This document shows positions 51,728 to 59,298 of a stretch of 64,000 nucleotides of DNA, piece by piece. The notes under the pieces are model-generated. The model did not search any database and was not told where the DNA came from. It saw only the letters and a list, made by a program, of their open reading frames with translations. Every line of letters starts with the position of its first letter. The first letter of the stretch is position 1. The position numbers were made by a program, and so were the translations under genes. The stretch spans positions 3,002-67,001 of the forward strand of contig JAFLLC010000069.1 of assembly GCA_019162745.1 (NCBI GenBank). The letters run 5' to 3'. The DNA comes from Deltaproteobacteria bacterium (GTDB lineage Bacteria > Desulfobacterota > Desulfuromonadia > Geobacterales > Pseudopelobacteraceae).

Positions 51728-53044
51728 TCACAACTCCCCCGTCAGCGCCGAGGCGTCCGGCATCGCGGCAAACAGCTCCAACTGGTCAAGCCGTGCCGGT
51801 CGGCGGGTCGGCACCAGCATTCGCTCCATCAATAGCGGTCCATCCAACCTGATGCCTCCAAGATAGCGCCCCCCTGCGGTCAGGAAATATTTCGCACGCT
51901 TTAACACAACCCCCAACTTTTTCAACTCAACCTCACCCAGCCTCGTCCCGCGCCGGGCCAGAACGATACGCTGGGCAGAGCGGACGCCGATCCCCGGTAC
52001 CCGCAGCAGCACCTCATAATCAGCCCGATTGACCTCCACCGGAAACAGTTCCAGATGGCGCAGCGCCCAGTCGCTCTTGGGATCAAAACGCATATCCAGA
52101 TTGGGGTGCGCTTCGTCCAGCAGTTCATGGGCGGCAAAACCATAAAAACGGAGCAGCCAGTCGGCCTGATAAAGGCGGTGCTCCCGCAGCAGCGGCGGCG
52201 TGGGAAGCGCAGGCAGGCGGCTGTCGCTGGATCCGGGAATATAGGCGGAGTAGTAGACCCGCTTCAGCTCCAGTTTTTTGTACAACCCCTCCGTCAGGGT
52301 GATGATGTCGCGGTCACTCTCCGGCGTCGCTCCGACGATCAGCTGGGTACTCTGCCCGGCCGAGGCGAAACGGGGTGCCGTGCGCGACTTTGCACGGGCT
52401 TCCTTCGCCTCAATCAGCAGACCGCTGACCTGCCGCATCGGGTTGATAACCGACTCGCGCGGCTTGTCCGGGGCCAGCAGCGCGAGACTCTGGCGGCTGG
52501 GGAGTTCGATATTAACACTGACCCGGTCGGCGTAGCGTCCGGCTAAAGCGATCAGCAGCGGATCGGCCCCCGGCACCAGTTTCAGGTGGATATAGCCGTT
52601 GAAGCGTTCCACCTCCCGCAGTCGCTGCGCCACAGCAATCAACTGTTCCATCGTGTAATCGGCGGAACGGACCACGCCGGTGCTGAGGAACAGCCCTTCG
52701 ATGTAGTTGCGGCGGTAGAAGTTCATCGTCAGGTCAACGACTTCGTCCAGCGTCATGGAGGTACGAGGGATATCGTTTGAGCGGCGGTTGAGGCAATAGG
52801 CGCAGTCGTAAATACAGGCGTTGGTGAGGAGGATTTTCAGCAACGAGATGCAGCGGCCATCGGCACTCCAGGTATGGCAGATGCCGCTGGAGGTAGTCGT
52901 GCCGAGTGCGCCCGTTTTACCGGCGCGGTTGCTGCCGCTGGACGAGCAGGAGACATCGTACTTGGCGCTGTCTGCGAGGATTTCCAGACGTTGTTCGAGG
53001 GGAAGAGTGATCATGGCTTTGATGATACCATAGATATGCGACAC
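51728..53044 (-). CDS. Putative DNA modification/repair radical SAM protein (TIGR03916-like) with C-terminal HhH
   Basis: 438 aa. AKYDVSCSSSGS, radical-SAM CIYDCAYC and HhH LLRVPGIGVRSAQRIV. Start uncertain (GTG at 53044 or ATG at 53014). Confidence 0.8.
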   Translation of the reverse strand: MSHIYGIIKAMITLPLEQRLEILADSAKYDVSCSSSGSNRAGKTGALGTTTSSGICHTWSADGRCISLLKILLTNACIYDCAYCLNRRSNDIPRTSMTLDEVVDLTMNFYRRNYIEGLFLSTGVVRSADYTMEQLIAVAQRLREVERFNGYIHLKLVPGADPLLIALAGRYADRVSVNIELPSRQSLALLAPDKPRESVINPMRQVSGLLIEAKEARAKSRTAPRFASAGQSTQLIVGATPESDRDIITLTEGLYKKLELKRVYYSAYIPGSSDSRLPALPTPPLLREHRLYQADWLLRFYGFAAHELLDEAHPNLDMRFDPKSDWALRHLELFPVEVNRADYEVLLRVPGIGVRSAQRIVLARRGTRLGEVELKKLGVVLKRAKYFLTAGGRYLGGIRLDGPLLMERMLVPTRRPARLDQLELFAAMPDASALTGEL

Positions 53045-53062
53045 AATACGTCATGACACATA

Positions 53063-54325
53063 TCAGGCGGAAAGGTTTTCTCCCTCCTCAAAGACCCGGA
53101 TCACCCCATACTCGCCGTCAAAACCGGGCGTGCGGATCACCCGTCCGCCCCGCATCCGCGCCAGCGCCTCCCCCAGAAGCGGGTTTTCATGCCTGATCTC
53201 GTCAAGCGGGGTATGCAGGAGCAGATTGAATTCCGAGCCGAAACGGGCAATGCAGTGGCGATACTGCACCATCACCTTCTTGGAGGCCGGTCCGACGCCG
53301 ATGATTTCTCCCAGCAGCTCAGGGAGCGGAATCAGGCTGAATACCCGGGGCGAATCGTCGCGGTACAATGGCTGCTCCCGATCAGCCAACGCCATGACCC
53401 GGTGCAAGACCCCGACGGTGAGCGGCTTGCCGCACACCGGGCAGCGCAGCCCGAGACGACGCGTCTCCGTCGGTTCAAGACAGACCCGGCAGGTACGGTG
53501 ACCGTCGGCATGGTATTTCCCCTCTTCGGGAAAGAACTCCACCGTACCTCGGAAAGTGTCACGCCGACCGTCGCGAATAGCATCCCGCAGGGAGAAAAAA
53601 TCCAGCCCGGTGGAAAAGAGGTTGGCCTCGCGCCCCAGCTTGGACGGAGAGTGGCAGTCGGAGTTGGAGATCAGGCTGAAGCGGTCCAGCCCGGAAATCA
53701 GCCGGTTCATGTTCGGGTCTGAGGAAAGCCCGGTTTCCAGGGCAAAAACATGGGGCGTCAGGTCGCCGAAACAATCCTCGATGCGGTCAAACCCCGACCG
53801 GGAACCGAACAGGGAGAACCAGGGGGTCCAGATGTGGGCCGGCACGAGAAAACCTTCGGGCGCCAACTCCAGCATAATCTCCAGCAGGTCATGACTATCC
53901 AGCCCGAGGATCGGGCGACCGTCGGACTTGATATTGCCGATGCTCCCCAACCGGGCGTTCAGACGCTCGGCCGAGGCGAAGTCGGGCACATAGAGCAGGT
54001 TGTGTACCTTGCGCACCACGCCGTGGCGTTTGTAGATGCTGCTGATCTCGGCCGAAAGCAGAAAGCGCACCGGAGACGCAGACGACGGCACCTCAGCCAG
54101 CGGCAAGACAACAGCGGCCTCGTTCTTTAGCTTGAACAGCCCCGGTTCGGCCGGTTCCAGTTCCTCCTTCAGACAGCCGAACCAACCGGGATGGGTAAAG
54201 TCACCGGTGCCGATCACCTGAATCCCCTTGACCCGCGCCCACCCGGCCAGACCGGCCAAAGTGCTCTGAGGGCTGGTGGCGCGTGAATAGGGGGAGTGGA
54301 TATGTAAATCGGCTATGTAGTCCAT
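53063..54325 (-). CDS. PHP-domain endonuclease, EndoQ/TIGR00375-like, with internal zinc finger
   Basis: Start at MDYIADLHIHSPYSRATS (AGGAA RBS 7 nt upstream). GTGDFTHPGW and CRVCLEPTETRRLGLRCPVCGKPLTVGVLHRV. The stop is 18 nt from the radical-SAM ORF. Confidence 0.75.
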   Translation of the reverse strand: MDYIADLHIHSPYSRATSPQSTLAGLAGWARVKGIQVIGTGDFTHPGWFGCLKEELEPAEPGLFKLKNEAAVVLPLAEVPSSASPVRFLLSAEISSIYKRHGVVRKVHNLLYVPDFASAERLNARLGSIGNIKSDGRPILGLDSHDLLEIMLELAPEGFLVPAHIWTPWFSLFGSRSGFDRIEDCFGDLTPHVFALETGLSSDPNMNRLISGLDRFSLISNSDCHSPSKLGREANLFSTGLDFFSLRDAIRDGRRDTFRGTVEFFPEEGKYHADGHRTCRVCLEPTETRRLGLRCPVCGKPLTVGVLHRVMALADREQPLYRDDSPRVFSLIPLPELLGEIIGVGPASKKVMVQYRHCIARFGSEFNLLLHTPLDEIRHENPLLGEALARMRGGRVIRTPGFDGEYGVIRVFEEGENLSA

Positions 54326-54395
54326 TGATGGTTTCCTGTACATTCAAATGGCCGGCAACATTATCCTGACGACCGAACAGATGGCGCTTTGAGCC

Positions 54396-55406
54396 TTACA
54401 AATGAAACTGCACAACATGATCCAGCAGCGGCAACTTTATCAGACGGAAATCCTCGGAGTAACGATCAGCCGGATCACGCTCAATTTCCACCAATCCCAT
54501 GAAACCGGCAAACCTCTCCAGACAGCGCCACGAATAGCAGCTTCGCAAGGACTTCTCCGGCGAGTAGTACTCCGGCGTAGGCGGCGCTTCTCGCAGTACC
54601 ATCGGAAATGCTTGCAGAAAGTTATCCTCATAGAACCGGTTCGACCGCCACTCTGCGCCATATTTGTTCAGCAGATGGAGCGTAAACAGGAAGGAATGCT
54701 GAACCATGGGGATCTCCTCCCAGCGGTCGGCGTAACCCCAGTTGTATTCCTGGGCAAAGGCTCGCAACAGGCGCGGATAGATGCCTGCCATGCCCTGTTC
54801 CGCCAGCAGTTTACGGCATTCCTTGCCGATGATAAATTTCCCCTTGTACTTTCTGATCAATCCGGCCAATCCAGCCACAATCCGCGTCACCTTCAGTTCG
54901 GCAAACTCATCCTCCGAGCGTAGCTCGCCGTGGCGTGACCTGCGTGCGTACTCCTCTTCACCCCAGTATGCCCTGGCCGCCTCCCGGCAGAAGTTCCGGG
55001 GCAGATTCCCGGTTGCGGTCGCTTTCAAGCCGTCATCGCCGATGCCATCGACAAGCAGCTTTAACAGCCTGAGGATGGGAGCTTCCGGGGTAATATCGAG
55101 GCAAGCCGGGAAGGAAACCAGATCGGGCGTTTCGAACTGGAAATAGAGCAGGCGATGCATCTGTTCCGAGAAGAGGCCATGAAAGTCATCGATGACAGCC
55201 TGACTTTGCTGTTGCATCTGTTTGCTGATAAAAGCATTGGCCTCATCCAGCGAGCCGAAGTTCTCCCCTTTGAGTAGCTCTCTCAAGGCATCCAGTGGTG
55301 ATCCGCTTCCTGGCTGTTGGCCACCGGAATTCTCTTTGTCGGCGCAGCACTTCTTGTATTTGAGGCCGCTGCCGCAAGGGCAGGCATCGTTTCTGCCGGT
55401 TTTCAT
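54396..55406 (-). CDS. N-terminal SEC-C motif (CPCGSG..KKCC) protein, function unknown
   Basis: Start at MKTGRNDACPCGSGLKYKKCC (AGGA RBS). The remaining ~300 aa are helical with no motif I recognise. Confidence 0.7.
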   Translation of the reverse strand: MKTGRNDACPCGSGLKYKKCCADKENSGGQQPGSGSPLDALRELLKGENFGSLDEANAFISKQMQQQSQAVIDDFHGLFSEQMHRLLYFQFETPDLVSFPACLDITPEAPILRLLKLLVDGIGDDGLKATATGNLPRNFCREAARAYWGEEEYARRSRHGELRSEDEFAELKVTRIVAGLAGLIRKYKGKFIIGKECRKLLAEQGMAGIYPRLLRAFAQEYNWGYADRWEEIPMVQHSFLFTLHLLNKYGAEWRSNRFYEDNFLQAFPMVLREAPPTPEYYSPEKSLRSCYSWRCLERFAGFMGLVEIERDPADRYSEDFRLIKLPLLDHVVQFHL

Positions 55407-55522
55407 CGGTTGGGATCCTTTCACGGTTTTGTTGAAAATCCGGTATTTTCATCGTTTTATTGTCAAGAATTGTCAATTGCATAGGTCTGCCCCTCGAAGG
55501 TTATGAATAGGGCATCTCTTGT

Positions 55523-55933
55523 TTATTTCGGCATTGCGTTTGGTCTCAAAAGTCGCTTGAATGCTTCGCGGTCGGTCTTATCGTTCACAGCTTGATCTTT
55601 CCACTGTTTCATCAATGAGTTCCATGCGGTGGTTTCCGAAAGGGCTATAAAGCAATCAATGCGAAGATGTCCTTTGACATCATTCAGCGCATAACAAATT
55701 ATTTGGTGTCCTCCATGCGGATTACCTGGATCAACATGATCCACAGCAGGGTAAAGAGGATGACAACCATTTCCGCCAGTAATTGGTGTGCCTTCGACAT
55801 TATCGAAAATCAGTTCAACATCCGAAAGCGCACATCGCCCCTCTTGCTTGATCAGCAGAGAACGTAAAATTGTTGGCGTTACGCCTTGTCGTCTCTTTGA
55901 TGCCCACTTTTTTTGTTCTTCTGTAAGCTCCAT
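55523..55933 (-). CDS. Small HNH-like nuclease-fold protein with degenerate zinc ligands
   Basis: 136 aa. RCALSDVEL..YPAVDHVDPGNPHGGHQIICYALNDVKGHL gives the His-Asn-(Lys/His) spacing of HNH, but only single Cys residues where CxxC pairs normally sit. GC is lower than in the flanks. Confidence 0.55.
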   Translation of the reverse strand: MELTEEQKKWASKRRQGVTPTILRSLLIKQEGRCALSDVELIFDNVEGTPITGGNGCHPLYPAVDHVDPGNPHGGHQIICYALNDVKGHLRIDCFIALSETTAWNSLMKQWKDQAVNDKTDREAFKRLLRPNAMPK

Positions 55934-56144
55934 TTTATTTACCTACTTTAGTATGACTTTGAAACGCCGGTTTTTGTTTTTGGTCGGCCTAACTTTCTGG
56001 TTGGGAATTCGGCACTTTCACCGTTCGTTTATCTGGATTTGTCAAATTATTTGGTCTGAGTCTTTAAAAGTTGCCCCCAAGCAAAATATTGTCATACTCA
56101 ACAATAAAGCCTTTGGTGAGCACAGTTTCAGCTTGCACCAACGG

Positions 56145-56759
56145 CTATTTCTTGCTCAATATTTTCATTTTTTGCTGTTCGAACTCCTCTTTTGTAATAG
56201 TTCCATTATCAAGCAATTTCTTTAAGTTCGTGAGATTGATGTATAGCAAATCTTCATTACTGGTAGTTATATTTTCGGGAACATTATTTTGTGAGGTACT
56301 CAGGATAGGTTTAAGTTTTACTACTGTTATCTTTTCAATCTGGCCTTGTTTAAGCAATGACTCAAATTTCTCGATAAGCGGATTTACATTGAGAGACTCC
56401 TCAAACATTCTAGTTCCTGATGTGAGAATATGATAACTGAACCCTTCAACTTTGCTGCCATTTACGATTTCTCCGAGATGTTTTTCAATAAGGAATTTAA
56501 AGCTGGTCTGATCGATTAGCGGCTGATGAACCCAAGTATAGCCCAAATCAGTGCCACTCATCTTTGAGACACTATCCATTGGAAATTGTTGTGTAATCGC
56601 CTTATAAGCCAAATCCATAACTGTACGTTCCTGAGTAACTATAATTTCATAGCCATTATTGCTGGCAGTCTTAAGAGAAGAAAAGTTTGTTGAACAGCCT
56701 ACCATTGAAAACAACGCAACAAATAATCCCATCACCACATTGATTACTTTTCTTTTCAT
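56145..56759 (-). CDS. Lipoprotein with C-terminal SHOCT domain
   Basis: Start at MKRKVINVVMGLFVALFSMVGCS (lipobox, GGAGG RBS). C-terminal NLKKLLDNGTITKEEFEQQKMKIL is SHOCT-like. The gene is strongly AT-rich. Confidence 0.7.
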   Translation of the reverse strand: MKRKVINVVMGLFVALFSMVGCSTNFSSLKTASNNGYEIIVTQERTVMDLAYKAITQQFPMDSVSKMSGTDLGYTWVHQPLIDQTSFKFLIEKHLGEIVNGSKVEGFSYHILTSGTRMFEESLNVNPLIEKFESLLKQGQIEKITVVKLKPILSTSQNNVPENITTSNEDLLYINLTNLKKLLDNGTITKEEFEQQKMKILSKK

Positions 56760-56944
56760 CACAATCCTCCACTCTTTGCGACTCCGCACCCCACCGGCAA
56801 ACAGAAAGAAGGAGTCTTTCTCTTCCTGCTCAACAACCCAAATGGAACATTTATCCGATGAATACAAAATTCGAGAAGAAGAACACACAAAGTACCGGAG
56901 CTACACATCCTACAAACCCGTCATGGTGCCAATCCGTTGATTTC

Positions 56945-57169
56945 TTATTCCAACTCCTGTAGCTGTGCCATGATTTCTTCGATAGCTGGATACTCCCCAA
57001 AAATCATTGTGCGCATTTCACGATAATCGGATTTGACCGCTTTCAAAACATGGTCGGGAGGAACAAGGCGTAATGTCCCCGGTTTTGCCAAATCATAGTT
57101 CGCCCCTCCGCAGGGGTAAAATCTGTTTTTAAACTCCACTACGGTTTCAAGAAGACTGATGTCCTCCAA
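56945..57169 (-). CDS. Hypothetical 74-aa protein (TTG start; possibly a gene fragment)
   Basis: ORF only, with no recognisable motif. The frame stays open about 60 nt further upstream without an ATG. Confidence 0.3.
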   Translation of the reverse strand: MEDISLLETVVEFKNRFYPCGGANYDLAKPGTLRLVPPDHVLKAVKSDYREMRTMIFGEYPAIEEIMAQLQELE

Positions 57170-57454
57170 GGCAGCTACCTTTGCCGATGAACGTACGGGT
57201 CGTGCGGGGTCACGTCTGCAGTTTCCATTTCATGAAGAATGTAGGACAACAGTCGAGGCTGTGGTTTTCTAGTTACTGTTCGTGTGCATACTGCCCATTG
57301 ATGTTAGCAGAACATATTGAGGTTACTGACATATTACTTATGGACCTTGTAGAAAGGCATTGCCTCAACAAGGAATTATAAAATCATCTTATTGATAAAT
57401 ACACGCAGTGCCGGTAGCGTTTTTTCAAGGACTGGCGATTCTCGGTCGACATTT

Positions 57455-57489
57455 GGCCTCAACGGATTCGTTGGGGCCTTTTGTTATTT
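57455..57489 (+). terminator. Orphan plus-strand Rho-independent terminator in a gene-free gap
   Basis: GGCCTCAACG gatt CGTTGGGGCC (10-bp stem including one G-U pair) followed by TTTTGTTATTT. On the minus strand the hairpin is not followed by a T-run. Confidence 0.55.
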
Positions 57490-57599
57490 CAGGGAAAGCA
57501 CTTCAGCCCGCAACCGTTATACTGCCCTCTCCCGTTTCGGCAAAACTTCCTCTCGACAATCTCATATGCCCGAAAAAACCGGGACATTCCCCTCATTTT

Positions 57600-58649
57600 T
57601 CACCCTTCAACCTCCGCACCCAACTCCCGCAGAATCTCCGTTTCAATCTGCTTGGCATCCGGCAGTTTCCCGGCCAGTTCCGCTGGCAAATCGTGGGTCA
57701 GAGTGTATTCGGCCACGCCGACCGGCTTGTTGATGGAGCGTAACGCATACTCAACCTCAATCCGCTTGCTTCCGGCGCAAAGGATAATGCCTATGGAGGG
57801 ATTTTCGTCCGGCTCGCGCACAAAATCATCCAGAATATTGAGGTAGAAATTCATCTTTCCGGCGTATTCCGGTTTAAAGTCGCCACTTTTTAGCTCAATG
57901 GCCACCAGGCATTTCAACTTGCGGTGGTAAAAAAGGAGGTCGATGAAATACTCCTTCTCTTCCAAAGTCACCCGGTACTGATTGCCGATAAAGGTGAAAC
58001 CGTAACCCAGCTCCAGAATGACATCTCGAATCCGGTTCACCATGCGTCGTTCCATCTCGCGCTCTATCACCGGCTTGCTGATGCCCAGAAAATCCAGCAT
58101 GTAGATATCCTTCATCGCTTCGTCGGCTTGTTCGGCAAGATGCTCTGGAAGTGTTTCGGCAAAGTTGTGCTGTTTGGGAGCAAGCACGTGATGTTCATAC
58201 GCCTTGGCCTTAATCTGATTGAGCAGAACATTGCGGCTCCAGCCGCATTCACCGGACATTCGCAGATAATAGGCGCGGGCCTCCCGCTCCTTTAATTTTG
58301 TCATGATGGTGATGTTCTGCCCCCAGGGAATTTCTCTAACAAGCTGTAAGAGATCTGACTCACCTTGGTAGACCTGGAACATCTGGCGCATGAACCAGAG
58401 GTTCGATGCTGAAAATCCCTGTATGCCGGGGAACTCATCATGCAAATCGCGGGAAAGTTGATCCACGACCGATTTGCCCCAGCCTTCCCGTTCTTGGCGC
58501 TCAACGATTTCCTTGCCAATTTTCCAGTAGAGTTCTATCAGCTCCCGATTGACGACCCGCTGGACCCGCAGCCGTGAGTCCCTGACTGCCGTTTTTATCT
58601 GCTGGAGCATTTCAGCATAACCACCGCGGGGCAAAGCAACTGTGCTCAT
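57600..58649 (-). CDS. YhcG/DUF1016 family PD-(D/E)xK nuclease-domain protein
   Basis: 349 aa. N-terminal ..VNRELIELYWKIGKEIVERQ..GWGKSVVDQLSRDL and core YFIDLLFYHRKLKCLVAIELKSG (D..ELK). Confidence 0.8.
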   Translation of the reverse strand: MSTVALPRGGYAEMLQQIKTAVRDSRLRVQRVVNRELIELYWKIGKEIVERQEREGWGKSVVDQLSRDLHDEFPGIQGFSASNLWFMRQMFQVYQGESDLLQLVREIPWGQNITIMTKLKEREARAYYLRMSGECGWSRNVLLNQIKAKAYEHHVLAPKQHNFAETLPEHLAEQADEAMKDIYMLDFLGISKPVIEREMERRMVNRIRDVILELGYGFTFIGNQYRVTLEEKEYFIDLLFYHRKLKCLVAIELKSGDFKPEYAGKMNFYLNILDDFVREPDENPSIGIILCAGSKRIEVEYALRSINKPVGVAEYTLTHDLPAELAGKLPDAKQIETEILRELGAEVEG

Positions 58650-58690
58650 GTCACCACCTCCATATCAAGCTCTGCCAGTTGACGAGAACC

Positions 58691-59176
58691 TCAAATATCT
58701 CCCGAGCTTTTTGCTGGCGGCTTAGCTTTATCTTTCAGCAACAACTCAACAATATCTGCAAATATCCTTTCAAATCGTCTGGATGAAAGCGATTTTTCGC
58801 TGTATTGAGCTGCCTCACTTGACACGTTTTTTCTGCTGTTAAAGATTGAAATCAGCTCTTTTTTGGTCCACTGTTTTTTAAATGTCAAAGGTGAAACCAA
58901 CATGTGTTTCGGCATAAAGGCCCAACCTTCGGCAGTAGAATCCAACAGATTGTAAGTTTTTTCGGAATCTTGATTGACCTCTGGCAAACGCTTCAAAAAC
59001 GATTTTTCACTTTTAGCCGCAATTACGTACCCATCGATATCACAGATCACAGGATATTTTGGCTTTCTAAAGAAATAGTTCAACATGACTTTGCAAAACT
59101 CCTTCATGTAGATGAAGCTGCGAACAATATCCAACTGCCGGTGAAACCGCTTCGCCTGTTCCACCCGACGAATCAC
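58691..59176 (-). CDS. Hypothetical protein, no recognisable domain (low-GC gene)
   Basis: 161-aa ORF lying 41 nt upstream of the DUF1016 gene and 122 nt downstream of the ATPase gene, on the same strand. An internal Met start (MLNYFF..) is possible. Confidence 0.5.
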   Translation of the reverse strand: MIRRVEQAKRFHRQLDIVRSFIYMKEFCKVMLNYFFRKPKYPVICDIDGYVIAAKSEKSFLKRLPEVNQDSEKTYNLLDSTAEGWAFMPKHMLVSPLTFKKQWTKKELISIFNSRKNVSSEAAQYSEKSLSSRRFERIFADIVELLLKDKAKPPAKSSGDI

Positions 59177-59298
59177 TTAGTGCCTCAGTGTACGAATCAG
59201 GCTTTTGGAGAGCACCTATCAGTAGCAAAACATAGCACAATAGGTTTTGTTGCGGCGGCGCGTGAGAATGTTTTTTTACATATACACACAGAACCAAA

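Noticed and set aside
57181-57381. 66-aa plus-strand ORF (49 aa from the ATG at 57230) in the gene-free gap
   Set aside because: It has no Shine-Dalgarno sequence and no recognisable motif. I keep it only as a possibility within the finding about the orphan terminator and do not call it a CDS.
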